Under the pieces are notes generated by a model. It searched no databases. It had not been told where the DNA came from and saw only the letters and a list, made by a program, of their open reading frames with translations. Shown in pieces: positions 16,624 through 26,857 of a stretch of DNA of 32,000 nucleotides. This stretch comes from Longimicrobiales bacterium (GTDB lineage Bacteria; Gemmatimonadota; Gemmatimonadetes; Longimicrobiales; Gaopeijiaceae): assembly GCA_965221785.1 (NCBI GenBank), contig CBDCSR010000003.1, positions 445,059 to 477,058 on the forward strand, given 5' to 3'. Position 1 is the first letter of the stretch, and each line of letters begins with the position of its first letter. The translations under genes and the position numbers were made by a program.

Positions 16624-17538
16624 CTAAACAAGGAACACGCCCTTCTTCAGCCCGACCGACTCCGCCCACTCGCTCGCAGCCATCTTCTTGCCGCCTTCGG
16701 GCCGCACCTTGGCGACCCGCAACTGGCCATCCGGGGCGGAGATGCGAATTCCGTCCGCGCCGACGCCCGTCACCTGCCCCGGGCGAATCGAGAGCGCCTC
16801 ATCGATCCGCGAAGCGCCGTAGAGCTTGACCCAGGCGCCGTTGAACGTACTCCAGGCCCCCGGCTGCGGGTCCGCCCCGCGCACGAGGTTCCACGTCTGT
16901 CGCAGCGGCTGGTTCCAGCCCACCCGCACGTGCTCGTGCCTGCACCAGCCCTCGTAGGTGGCCGCGGAATGGTCCTGCGGGACCTTCGGGGCCTGGCCCG
17001 CGCGCACCAGGTCCACGCCCTCGAGCATGGCGTCGACCCCCATCGGGAAGAGATGGTTGAAGTAGAGGCTGCCCAGGGTGTGATCGCCGATTTCGACCTC
17101 CTTCTGAAGGAGAATCGGACCCTCGTCCAGGCCGTCGTCAGGCCAGAAGATCGAGAGCCCCGTCTTCTCCCTCCCCCAGATGATGGGCCAGTTGATGGAA
17201 CTGGGCCCGCGGTGGAGCGGGAGCAGCGAGGGATGATACTGGATGGTCCCGTGGGTCGGGATGTTGAGCGCCTGCTCGGGCACGAAGAGAGTGACGTAGG
17301 CCATCACGCCGAGATCGGGACGGAGCGACTTCATCTGCGCCCAGGTGTCCTCGCTCTTGAAGGAGGAGGGTTGGAAGAGGGGCAGGCCGTGTTCGCGGGC
17401 CGCGTCCGCGAGCGGATCGGGGCGCTGACCGGGCTTTTCGGGACGGGTGTAGACGCCGACGATGTCCTCGCCGCGCTCAACCAGCGCGTTGAGCACGCTC
17501 GCTCCGAAGGCCTGCTGGCCGTTGACGATGATTCTCAT
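16624..17538 (-). CDS. Formyltransferase family protein resembling the N-terminal hydrolase domain of 10-formyl-THF dehydrogenase
   Basis: HPSLLPLHRGPSSINWPIIWG..GLSIFWPDDGLDEGPILLQKE and ATYEGW closely mirror my recollection of the FDH/ALDH1L1 N-domain (HPSLLPRHRGASAINW...FWADDGLDTGDLLLQK...ATYEG). It lacks the MRIVFMGTP-type start of housekeeping Fmt. Confidence 0.85.
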   Translation of the reverse strand: MRIIVNGQQAFGASVLNALVERGEDIVGVYTRPEKPGQRPDPLADAAREHGLPLFQPSSFKSEDTWAQMKSLRPDLGVMAYVTLFVPEQALNIPTHGTIQYHPSLLPLHRGPSSINWPIIWGREKTGLSIFWPDDGLDEGPILLQKEVEIGDHTLGSLYFNHLFPMGVDAMLEGVDLVRAGQAPKVPQDHSAATYEGWCRHEHVRVGWNQPLRQTWNLVRGADPQPGAWSTFNGAWVKLYGASRIDEALSIRPGQVTGVGADGIRISAPDGQLRVAKVRPEGGKKMAASEWAESVGLKKGVFLV

Positions 17539-17568
17539 GTAGGGTTCTCGGTGAAGGACAGCGAGCGA

Positions 17569-19608
17569 TCAGCTCACGGGGCGGTCGGCGTTCATGACCC
17601 AGCGGTCGTACCAGGCCAGGTAGCGCTCGTAGCGGTCCTTCTGGTAGCTGGGGATGCGCAGGCCGTGGCTCTGGCCCGGGTAGACCACGAGCTGGGTGGG
17701 CACGCCCCGCCGCCGCAGCGCCTGGTAGAGCTGCTCGGAGTTGAGGATGGGCACGTTCCAGTCGTCCTCGCCGCCCATGATGAGGGTCGGGGTGGTGACT
17801 TCGTGCACCTTGTTGAAGGGGCTGATGCGCTCCCAGTTGTCGCGGTTGTCGCCCTCCCACGGAAGCCCCAGCTCGGCCTCCCACTGCCGCTGGTAGTGGT
17901 CGTGGCCGTAGTTGGCGATGTAAAGCACTTCGCTCGCCCCGGTGATGGCGCCCTCGAAGCGGTCGGTCTGGGTGATGACGTAATTGGTGAGGATGCCGCC
18001 GTAGGACCAGCCGCCCACGCCAAGGCGGTCGGGGTCGGTCCAGCCCTGCTCGATGGCGTAGTCGATACCCGCCATGACGTCCTTGAAGTCGGGGTTGCCC
18101 CAGTCCGCCCAAAGCGCCGCGGAGAAGTCCTGTCCGTAGCCCGACGAGCCGCGCGGGTTGGTGCGCACGACCACGTAGCCGCGGGCCGCGAAGAGCTGCG
18201 ACTCGAACTGGAAGGAGTGGCTGTATTGGGAGACCGGGCCCCCGTGGATGCGCAGGATCGTTGGATAGGCCCGGCCTTCCTCGTAGTCGGGCGGGAAGGT
18301 GACAAACCCCTCGACTTCGATTCCGCCTTCGGAGGGGAACTGGATGTTGCGGGTCTCGGCGATGTTGACGGTGGCGAGGAAGTCGTCGTTGTGGCCCGTG
18401 ATGCGGCGGAGCGAGGCTTCGCCGCCCGCGTAGTCCTCCACGGTGTAGACCTCGCCTGGGCGGTCGAGGTAGTTGACGCGGGCCGCAAAGGTGTCGCCGT
18501 TCCAGTCGAAGCCCGACGCGGAAAGCCCCCCGGACACCGGCCGCTCCAGCTCCGATCCGTCCGGACGAACTCGGGCGATGTGGTTCTCGGACGAATCCTC
18601 GAGCCCGAACCAGATCCATTCGCCGTCCGGGGAGAAGCGGGGCGAGCGCACATTGCGGTCCAGGTCGGTGGTGAGCAGCCGGGGCTCGCCGCCATCCGCG
18701 GAGACCACGGCGAGGTGCGTGGTGGCATACCAGATCAGGTCGGGGCGGATGCCGGTCGTGTAGGTGATCCGGCGTCCGTCCGGGCTCCACTGCGGCGAGC
18801 CGTCGGAGCCGGGGTTGGTGGTGACCTGCCGAGGGGAGTCGGTGGGTTCCTCCAGCTCCGCGGAGACCACCCAGATGTCGCTGTTCGCGTTCAGGTCCGG
18901 GTCTTCCGTGCGGTTGGAGACGAAGGCGATCTGCGTTCCGTCGGGGCTCCAGACGCCCAGCGATTCGTTCCAGCGCCCCGTGGTGAGCTGCCGTAACTCT
19001 CTGGCATCGATCTTGTAGACATACAGGTGCGTCATGCGTGAGCCGGTCAGGTAGCCGGCTCCGTCCCGCTTGAACTGGATGCGGTCGATGACCCAGGGAT
19101 CCTGCGGAGCGTTGGGCTTCGCATCCTCGTCCTCTTCCTCGGCATCGCGGATGGTGAGGAGGAGACGGGTGCCGTCGGGGGACCAGCGGTATCCGCCGAC
19201 GCCCTGCTCGACGTCCGTAAGGGGAAAGGCTTCGCCGCCGCGCCGGTCCAGCGCCCACACCTGGGTCGCGTCTCCGTCGCGAGCCGCGGTGAAGGTGAGG
19301 TACCGGCCGTCCGGACTCCAGGCCGGAGAGCCGGCCGACTGGTTGTCGCGCGTAAGCGGGACCGGGTCGCCGCCCGCGACCGGCGCCATGTAGACGCGGG
19401 TATAGGAGCGTTCATCCTCCAGGGAGGTGCGAGAAACCGTGTACGCGACCCAGTCGCCCTCCGGGCTGACCACGGGGGAGCCGACGTTCTCCAGTTCGAA
19501 GAGATCGTCGACCGTGATGTTGCGCCGCTCCTGCGCGAGGGCTGCCGGGGGCGCGAGCGCCGCCGCGGACAGCGCGAAGCCGAGGGCCGTCGTTACGAGA
19601 GCCTTCAT
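17569..19608 (-). CDS. S9 family serine peptidase (prolyl oligopeptidase / acylaminoacyl-peptidase type) with N-terminal beta-propeller
   Basis: Nucleophile elbow GGWSYGG, GEDDWNVP and GQSHGL (Ser/Asp/His). WD40-like PD40 repeats (SPDG..IAF). ATG at 19608 with AGGAG upstream. Signal MKALVTTALGFALSAAALAPPAALAQ. Confidence 0.85.
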   Translation of the reverse strand: MKALVTTALGFALSAAALAPPAALAQERRNITVDDLFELENVGSPVVSPEGDWVAYTVSRTSLEDERSYTRVYMAPVAGGDPVPLTRDNQSAGSPAWSPDGRYLTFTAARDGDATQVWALDRRGGEAFPLTDVEQGVGGYRWSPDGTRLLLTIRDAEEEDEDAKPNAPQDPWVIDRIQFKRDGAGYLTGSRMTHLYVYKIDARELRQLTTGRWNESLGVWSPDGTQIAFVSNRTEDPDLNANSDIWVVSAELEEPTDSPRQVTTNPGSDGSPQWSPDGRRITYTTGIRPDLIWYATTHLAVVSADGGEPRLLTTDLDRNVRSPRFSPDGEWIWFGLEDSSENHIARVRPDGSELERPVSGGLSASGFDWNGDTFAARVNYLDRPGEVYTVEDYAGGEASLRRITGHNDDFLATVNIAETRNIQFPSEGGIEVEGFVTFPPDYEEGRAYPTILRIHGGPVSQYSHSFQFESQLFAARGYVVVRTNPRGSSGYGQDFSAALWADWGNPDFKDVMAGIDYAIEQGWTDPDRLGVGGWSYGGILTNYVITQTDRFEGAITGASEVLYIANYGHDHYQRQWEAELGLPWEGDNRDNWERISPFNKVHEVTTPTLIMGGEDDWNVPILNSEQLYQALRRRGVPTQLVVYPGQSHGLRIPSYQKDRYERYLAWYDRWVMNADRPVS

Positions 19609-19785
19609 GATGAACTCCTGAACCGATGAGAAATGATCCTGACTGAGAGGGGGCGAAGATGAGTGATGGAACCGAGGAAATCCGGGCGCACGCAAGAATA
19701 ACAGCGAGGGAACGGGGGGCGCGACCCGAATCGGCCGCGCGCCCGCGGCGCGTGGAGCTAGCGATGATGACGGGGAGATCGGGAG

Positions 19786-19803
19786 TGTCCACCATGGTGG
19801 ACA
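19786..19803. promoter_or_regulatory. Perfect 18-bp palindrome TGTCCACCATGGTGGACA (candidate dimeric-regulator operator)
   Basis: Read directly. It lies 42 nt upstream of the lipoprotein start at 19845, in the divergent region shared with the S9 peptidase gene. Confidence 0.4.
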
Positions 19804-19844
19804 GTGCCGCACTCGGGGGTGCGCGCCGGGTGACGTTGCTGTTC

Positions 19845-20237
19845 ATGCGGGTCATGCTGGTAGCTGCGGTGACCGCGCTCGCCACAGCCTGCGCCGCGCG
19901 CGCCGGGGAGGGGAACCCGGCCATCACGCCCGGCCTCGAGGATCAGATCGAGATCCGCATCATCAACAACAACTTCAGCGACGCCCGCATGTACGCGGTG
20001 CACCCCCGTGGACGGGAGTACATCGGCGTGCTCACTGGCAAGACCGAAGCCAACTACACCCTCGACTGGGACATCTCGCAGACACTGTCGATCGAGATTT
20101 CGCTGCTCGCGGGCGGGACCTGCACGACGGAAGAACTGATCGTCGATCCCGGCGAGGCGCTCTTCCTCAGCATCGATTCCACGCTGGCCACGATGGCGAA
20201 CTGCCGGTCGAGGGCGACGGGGATCGGCGGGCGCTAG
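19845..20237 (+). CDS. Small putative lipoprotein (130 aa), no family recognised
   Basis: MRVMLVAAVTALATAC is a lipobox-type signal. The remainder is protein-like (IEIRIINNNFSDARMYAV...). The upstream part of the track ORF (19659-19844) is Arg/Ala-rich and unlikely to be coding. Confidence 0.6.
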   Translation: MRVMLVAAVTALATACAARAGEGNPAITPGLEDQIEIRIINNNFSDARMYAVHPRGREYIGVLTGKTEANYTLDWDISQTLSIEISLLAGGTCTTEELIVDPGEALFLSIDSTLATMANCRSRATGIGGR

Positions 20238-20250
20238 CTGCTGGCTGGCT

Positions 20251-21120
20251 TCAGGCCGAGTTCCTCGAGGAGGACTCGACGAGGGAAAGGTTGTACTGCG
20301 TCGGTGACGTCGGTGCCGAGGGCGAATCGGGTGGGAGATCATCTCGGAGAATCCCCAACAATGCGTTCGGCGTCTTCGGTTCCGGCCATGGCTTGGCACC
20401 ACGGTCAAGCAGGCCCTCGAGGCCCTTGGAGCGCTTGCCGTTGGCGCGAACGTAGACCGACACGAATCTCAGCTTGGCCAGTTGCTCGGTTGCACCCGTC
20501 CAAGTGCCCCCATGCCCATGGTCCGAGTTGACCACAAGGGCGGTGTCCGACAGCGCGTAGATGAGCTTGTTACGCTGCATGGCATGGCCCACCAGGAAGC
20601 GGGCCGTGGGATCGTAAGGGCAGACCAGAACGAGCTGTCCGTCGAGCAGAGCATTCCGGTTACGCCTGTTCAGGACGGCGCGTTCGAGACCGTGCGCCAG
20701 GATGCCGACGGACCGGCCTCCCGCCTCCAACGCGCCACTCATTGCGGCTTGATCGATTCCGCGCGCTCCCCCGGATATGATCGCCTTCCTGGCTTCAGCG
20801 CTGAGGCGACCCACGTCTTCCGTGTACTCGATGAGGTCTTCTTCGACCTTCCTGGAACCGACCACCGCCAGCCCTCCCTCGTCCAGCATCGTGCGATCCC
20901 CGCACCCGTAGAGGACCGGCGGGGCGTTTCCTCGCATCCGGGCCTTCAGTCTCCGGGGATAGTCTGGATCGGCCCGGGTAACCACCCACAGGGCGCGGGC
21001 CCGCCATCGTTCGATCGCCTGCGCCAAGAGAAATCCGCGGCCAAGAAGCCGGTGAATTCGCTCGGCCTCCAGGCCAGCGAGGGATTCCCGCACCGTTTCC
21101 CGAGCGTCATTTCCGAGCAA
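20251..21120 (-). CDS. DprA/Smf-like DNA-processing protein (Rossmann-like domain), apparently missing its N-terminus through a frameshift
   Basis: [31 protein letters not shown] and [10 protein letters not shown] are DprA motifs. The track start 21120 is TTG. The same frame is open and homologous-looking up to 21273 ([16 protein letters not shown]) but has no start codon. Confidence 0.75.
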   Translation of the reverse strand: MLGNDARETVRESLAGLEAERIHRLLGRGFLLAQAIERWRARALWVVTRADPDYPRRLKARMRGNAPPVLYGCGDRTMLDEGGLAVVGSRKVEEDLIEYTEDVGRLSAEARKAIISGGARGIDQAAMSGALEAGGRSVGILAHGLERAVLNRRNRNALLDGQLVLVCPYDPTARFLVGHAMQRNKLIYALSDTALVVNSDHGHGGTWTGATEQLAKLRFVSVYVRANGKRSKGLEGLLDRGAKPWPEPKTPNALLGILRDDLPPDSPSAPTSPTQYNLSLVESSSRNSA

Positions 21121-21211
21121 ATCGGCCGGCTCGCGGCGGATAGCCCTGAGCCGCCTGGCGAAATCGCGATACTCGGCGGTGCTCAGTGGACGCAGGCTCG
21201 CCGACCGCGTG

Positions 21212-21319
21212 CTACCTCTGCCGGTCCGTGGCTTCGGAGGCCGCCTGCGCCGGCCCGCTAAACAGCGGCGCGGTCAACAGCAGAATCGCCTTTGCGTTCG
21301 GGCTCAGGTCGGCGTTCAT
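21212..21319 (-). pseudogene. Out-of-frame N-terminal fragment of the DprA-like gene
   Basis: From ATG 21319 the reading is [22 protein letters not shown]..., the N-terminal pattern I associate with island-borne DprA-like proteins. This frame stops at 21212, whereas the main body is in another frame. Confidence 0.4.
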
Positions 21320-21374
21320 CAGGTTTCCCACCCCGTGCTCTGCACGACGAGAAGTCGGCCATCGCCTCCGGTCG

Positions 21375-22991
21375 CTAGTCCAGCGGCGGCGCGCTTTCGG
21401 GCGGCCGTCGGTGCCCGGTAGCCTGCTCAAAAGCATAACCGAAGCGAATCAGCATCCCTTCAGTAAAAGGGCGGCCCAGGAACTCGATGCCGATGGGCAG
21501 GCCGTCCGGGGTGAAGCCGGCGGGCACCGTGAGCGCGGGCCAGCCCGTCACCGGGCTGATGAGGCGGTTGTCGCCGAGGCCATAGTCGTCGGCCGGGGAG
21601 GGATTGGTCTCGACGTCCGGGGCGATGAGGGAGGGCGGGTGGTCGAAGGTGGTGTGCACCAGCGCGTCCAGGTCGTGGTCGGCCATGGCCTGGTAGACGT
21701 CCTGCCGGAGCTGGTCGCGGGCCAGCAGGTAGTCCAGGTATCCCGGGTCGCTGGTGGTCTTTCCGAGTGAGCCCGCCAGCCCGGTCGCCCGCCAGGGCGT
21801 CACCCGGCCGCTCAGCAGGATGGAGCGCAGGGTCGTGTAGGGCGGGTCGTCGAGCTCCGCCAGATAGGCGTTGGTGGCCGCCTCGGTTTCATGGGAGTTC
21901 ATGGAGTAGATGGCGTTGATCCCGTCTACTCCCGGGATGGCGACGTTGTCCACAACCTCGGCTCCCAGCGCACGCAACTGCTCGACGGCCGCGTCGACGA
22001 TGGCGCGTGCCTGCCGGTATCCCTCCAAATCCGTGTCCAGCGCCTGGTCCATGGGATCGCGGATGATGCCGATGCGGGCCCCGTCGAGCCCGTCCTCGGA
22101 GAGCCCGTCGCTGTAGGAGTCGGGGATCTGGCCGAAGGAATGGGCGGTCACCGGGTCGTTGGGGTCGTACCCGGCGATGGCGTCCAGAAGGATGGCCGCG
22201 TCCATGACCGTGCGCGTCATCGGCCCCATGGTGTCGGTGGTGGGGTTGGCGGGCATCATGCCGTAGCGGCTGACCAGCGGCAGGGTGGGCCTGAGCCCCA
22301 CCAGAGAATGCACCGCCGAAGGCCCGCGGATGGAGCCGCCGGTATCCTCACCGATGCCGATCATTCCCAGGTTCGCGGCCACGCCCGCGCCCGTCCCCCC
22401 GGAAGAGCCGCTCGGGTTGCGCCGCGGGTCGTACGGGTTGCGGATGAAGCCGAAGCCGGAGCCCACGTAGCGTGATGCGAACTCGCCCATGTTGGTCTTG
22501 GCGATGATGAGCGCGCCCGCGTCCTTCATGCGTGTGACGATGGTGGCGTCCCGGGAGGACACGAAGTCGGCAAAGAGCGCCGATCCGTAGGTGGTGGGCA
22601 GGTCGCGGGTCTCGACCTGATCCTTGAGCAGAACCGGGATGCAGTGCAGCGGCCCGCTGAGTCCGCCGGAGGCGAGGGCCTCATCGAGGCGGGCGGCCTC
22701 GTCGAGGGCGGCGGGGTTCAGGTTGGCGATGGTGTTGAGCAGCGGTCCCTGCTGGTCGTAGGCCTCGATGCGGTCGAGGTAGCCCTGCACCAGGTCGACG
22801 CAGGTCAGCTGCCCGGAGAGAAAGGCGGCGTGGACCTCCGCGATGGTGGCCTCCTCGAGTTCGAAGTCCTGGGCGGACGCAACGGCCGGGGTGGCCAGGA
22901 GCAGGCTGGCACCCGCCAGGAGCCTCAACACGCGCGGGATGCGGGAGCGGGAGCGTGTGGTCCTTGTCGAGGGAAGCCATTCGGGATTCAT
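21375..22991 (-). CDS. Amidase (amidase-signature family), secreted
   Basis: GSSGGTGAGVAANLGMIGIGEDTGGSIRGPSA is the AS signature. ATG at 22991, then a signal RVLRLLAGASLLLATPAVASAQ. Confidence 0.85.
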   Translation of the reverse strand: MNPEWLPSTRTTRSRSRIPRVLRLLAGASLLLATPAVASAQDFELEEATIAEVHAAFLSGQLTCVDLVQGYLDRIEAYDQQGPLLNTIANLNPAALDEAARLDEALASGGLSGPLHCIPVLLKDQVETRDLPTTYGSALFADFVSSRDATIVTRMKDAGALIIAKTNMGEFASRYVGSGFGFIRNPYDPRRNPSGSSGGTGAGVAANLGMIGIGEDTGGSIRGPSAVHSLVGLRPTLPLVSRYGMMPANPTTDTMGPMTRTVMDAAILLDAIAGYDPNDPVTAHSFGQIPDSYSDGLSEDGLDGARIGIIRDPMDQALDTDLEGYRQARAIVDAAVEQLRALGAEVVDNVAIPGVDGINAIYSMNSHETEAATNAYLAELDDPPYTTLRSILLSGRVTPWRATGLAGSLGKTTSDPGYLDYLLARDQLRQDVYQAMADHDLDALVHTTFDHPPSLIAPDVETNPSPADDYGLGDNRLISPVTGWPALTVPAGFTPDGLPIGIEFLGRPFTEGMLIRFGYAFEQATGHRRPPESAPPLD

Positions 22992-23143
22992 CGGCGTTCT
23001 CCGGCGGGGTCGCGGCGGTGAAAGGAGGGTGATGGCAGCGGAGGCCGTCGGCGTTGTGAGGCGAGGTGATTGCCCCGGGCACCCGGCTCCAACACTATCG
23101 TGTCCATCACGCATCCTCCACAACATGACAGAAACCGGCAAAC

Positions 23144-24070
<927 letters not shown>

Positions 24071-24452
24071 GAGCTTCGAGAAACAGCGCCGGAGAAAGGT
24101 CGGCCGTCGCTGCGGGCGGCTCCAGGAACTTGCGGCAGTCCTCGACCCTCTTGGCCCCGACGATGCCGGACGAAAACAGAGCGACCGTCGCGGCGACCGA
24201 GAACGCTTTCTCGCCGTAACCGAACACGCTCTTTCCGCCCCATTTGCGCTCGGTAAACACGTTTTCGGTGACGATAGCCATGATGCCGCCGAGCACCAGG
24301 TCCAACGCCGGCGCCCCATAGTTCGTCGTACAGTTCACCTCGGCTGGGCGCGGAGCACCGGGTTGCGGCGCGGGAGGGCCGTCCACCTCCGCGAACGAAC
24401 AGCCCGCCACAACGCCGGTCAGAGTTCCAAGGGCCAGCAGGCGGTTGGGCAT

Positions 24453-26768
24453 TCAGCCTCCCGGCGCCAGCACCAGCCGGTTCTCCGCGCGCGCCTCCAC
24501 CGCCTCCCGCGAGAAGAGCATCGGGAAGTACTCCCGGTTGGCCCAGTCCTCGGTGAGGTTGCCGTAGTAGGGGCTTCCGGGCCGGCCCGACTGCCCCGGC
24601 GCGTTGGTGAACAGCGACCCGTCCAGGTCGGCGAAGTCGACGATGTGACGGTAGGTGGCCCCCGTCGCCGCCACCGTGCCCGCACCTCCCGAGCGCTCCG
24701 CCGAAGGCAGGTCGTAGGCGGTCACGAGCGCGTGCGGGAACTCGTTGCGGTGGTCGCGTCCCCAGCGCCACTCGGCGGGATCGTCGCCCTGGTCGCGCGC
24801 GATCTGGCCCAGGGCGGCCGCGAGAGCCGCTTCCAGCGCGGCTGCGGCATCCGCGCCCCCTTCGCCCGCCACCTGGTCCAGCACGTCCCCATCAAGACGG
24901 CGGTAGATCGCCGCCGCCCGGCTGTCGCGGTCGAACACCCCGTTCCAGGCGGCCAGCTCGGCCCGGTACGCCTCCACGTCGGCGTCACTCGCTGTCCATC
25001 CGCCGAAGAGCGCCGCGTGGGCCGCGCCCGACGCCGAATACGCGTCCTGCTGGAGCACCCGCGAGTCCTCGGGCGTGAAGTCGCTTCCCGCGTTCAGCAC
25101 CTCCTGCACGCGCGCGAAGCGGGCGAACGGGCCCGCGGTCTTGAAGAAGAGCGGCGGATCGTATCCGGGCGGATGAATGTCGTGGTTGGCCGTCCCCACC
25201 CAGCCGCGCTCCGGGTTGTACTCGGTGGGCAGGTCATCGCGGAAGCCATCCCATTCGAATTCCCCGGTCCCGGGCACCGGCAGCCGCCCGTGCCAGTTGG
25301 GACGGCTGGGCGAGAGCGCGGCGGCCTGCCAGGCGATGTTCCCGTCCGCGTCCCCGCAGATCATGTTCTCGGTCGGAGCCAGCCAGTAGCGCATCTCCTC
25401 CAGGAAGCCGCTGCAGTCGGAGACCACGTTGAGCCGCAGACCGGCCAGGTATCCCGTGGTTCCGGGTTCGTGCATGGTCGAGCGCATGGCGTAGGCGAGG
25501 TTGTTTTCGGGATCCCGGTGGAAGATCGGGCCATGCCGGGAGAACTCCAGCTCCAGGGTCACGGGGTCACCGTCCCTGACCTGGACGGTTTCCGTGATGG
25601 TCCGCACTTCCTCCCAGCCGTCGCCCCAGCGCACCTGCTTCGGGTTGTCCGGGTTCACCTGCTCGACGTACACGTCCGACTGGTCGGTGCCGACGATGGT
25701 CAGCCCCCAGGCGATGCGCCCGTTGTGCCCTATGGCCACCCCGGGAAGCACCGGCTCGGTCGAACCGATGGTGGTCCAGCCGGGCGCGTCCAGGTGCACA
25801 ACGTAGCGGAGCGACGGGTTGGTCACCCCGCGGTGCGGATCGTTGGCCACGATCGCTTGACCGCTCGCGGTGCGGCTCCCGTGGATCGCCCAGTTGTTGC
25901 TCCCCGGGGAGGTTTCGCGCGCGCCGAGGTTGAGCGCCATCTCCGACCCGGACCAGCCTTCGTAGGGCGCGACCAGGGGCGGACTGCTCATCGCGTTGCG
26001 GAACCCCGTCACGCCGGCCAGCACGTCGCCCGGGATCAGCCTCATGTCGACGCCCGCGGGCACTTCGAGCTCGCGCCACGGGGTCGGATTCGCCTGGCGG
26101 TTGGCTTCCTCCGGGCCCAGCTCGGCCACCCGCAGCGCCAGCTGCAGCTCGCGCCGCACATCCGCCACCGGCATCGCCGTCTGCATGCGCAGCAGAGGCG
26201 TCTCGGCGCTCCAGTATTCGGGCTCGAGACCTGTGAGCAGGAACTCCACAGGCAACTCCCCGGCCGCCGTCGCGTGATCGATGTAGGCGTTGATGCCCGA
26301 CGCGAACGCCTCCAGGATGCGCCGGCCCTCGGGGTGGTAGGTGGTGAACTCGGCGTCGTCGAACGGGCCGCGGAACATGAGCAGGCGCGCGACGCGGTCG
26401 TGCTGCAGTGCCTCCGCTCCCAGCACCTCGCTCAGCCGCCCCTCGCCGGCCCTCCGGTACATCTCCATCTGCCAGAGACGGTCCTGGGCCTGAACGAAGC
26501 CTTGCGCGAAGAAGAGGTCGTCGAGGCCCGAGGCATAGATGTGGGGGATGCCCCAGGGGTCGCGCAGCACTTCGACTTCGCCCGCGAGCCCCGGAACTTC
26601 GATGCGGCCATCGATTTGGGGCAGCTGCGCCTGTGCCAGCTCTTCGAAGCTTGCGTTGGGCCCTTCAGCGCACGCGCAGATGAACGCGAGAAAGCCGAGT
26701 GTGGCGGTGGCGGTGCGGGGGTGCCGGGGGAATCCGGAGACGGGGGTGAGGCGCATGGGCTTCTCCAT
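24453..26768 (-). CDS. Penicillin acylase family protein (S45 Ntn hydrolase; possibly an acyl-homoserine-lactone or beta-lactam acylase)
   Basis: GSNNWAIHGSRTASGQAIVANDPH contains the beta-subunit N-terminal Ser nucleophile motif (SNxW). Signal/lipobox-like N-terminus LGFLAFICAC. Confidence 0.85.
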   Translation of the reverse strand: MEKPMRLTPVSGFPRHPRTATATLGFLAFICACAEGPNASFEELAQAQLPQIDGRIEVPGLAGEVEVLRDPWGIPHIYASGLDDLFFAQGFVQAQDRLWQMEMYRRAGEGRLSEVLGAEALQHDRVARLLMFRGPFDDAEFTTYHPEGRRILEAFASGINAYIDHATAAGELPVEFLLTGLEPEYWSAETPLLRMQTAMPVADVRRELQLALRVAELGPEEANRQANPTPWRELEVPAGVDMRLIPGDVLAGVTGFRNAMSSPPLVAPYEGWSGSEMALNLGARETSPGSNNWAIHGSRTASGQAIVANDPHRGVTNPSLRYVVHLDAPGWTTIGSTEPVLPGVAIGHNGRIAWGLTIVGTDQSDVYVEQVNPDNPKQVRWGDGWEEVRTITETVQVRDGDPVTLELEFSRHGPIFHRDPENNLAYAMRSTMHEPGTTGYLAGLRLNVVSDCSGFLEEMRYWLAPTENMICGDADGNIAWQAAALSPSRPNWHGRLPVPGTGEFEWDGFRDDLPTEYNPERGWVGTANHDIHPPGYDPPLFFKTAGPFARFARVQEVLNAGSDFTPEDSRVLQQDAYSASGAAHAALFGGWTASDADVEAYRAELAAWNGVFDRDSRAAAIYRRLDGDVLDQVAGEGGADAAAALEAALAAALGQIARDQGDDPAEWRWGRDHRNEFPHALVTAYDLPSAERSGGAGTVAATGATYRHIVDFADLDGSLFTNAPGQSGRPGSPYYGNLTEDWANREYFPMLFSREAVEARAENRLVLAPGG

Positions 26769-26857
26769 GGGAAGTGTTGCTGCTGGACGCGGTGCCGGAA
26801 CGCGCGCAGGCTACTAGCTTCGGGATGCAGCCGGGTCCACGCAAACGGGAACAATCG

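Noticed and set aside
16426-18996. 856-aa plus-strand ORF antisense to the rhodanese, formyltransferase and S9 peptidase genes (also 17477..19258 and 17592..18728 minus-strand off-frame ORFs)
   Set aside because: No motifs and biased Arg/Gly/Val/Pro composition. It spans three independent, well-supported genes on the opposite strand.
20251-21436. DprA-like gene as part of a ShosTA-type (PRTase + DprA-like) defence pair
   Set aside because: No phosphoribosyltransferase or other toxin-like gene is adjacent. The neighbours are a secreted amidase and a convergent lipoprotein gene.
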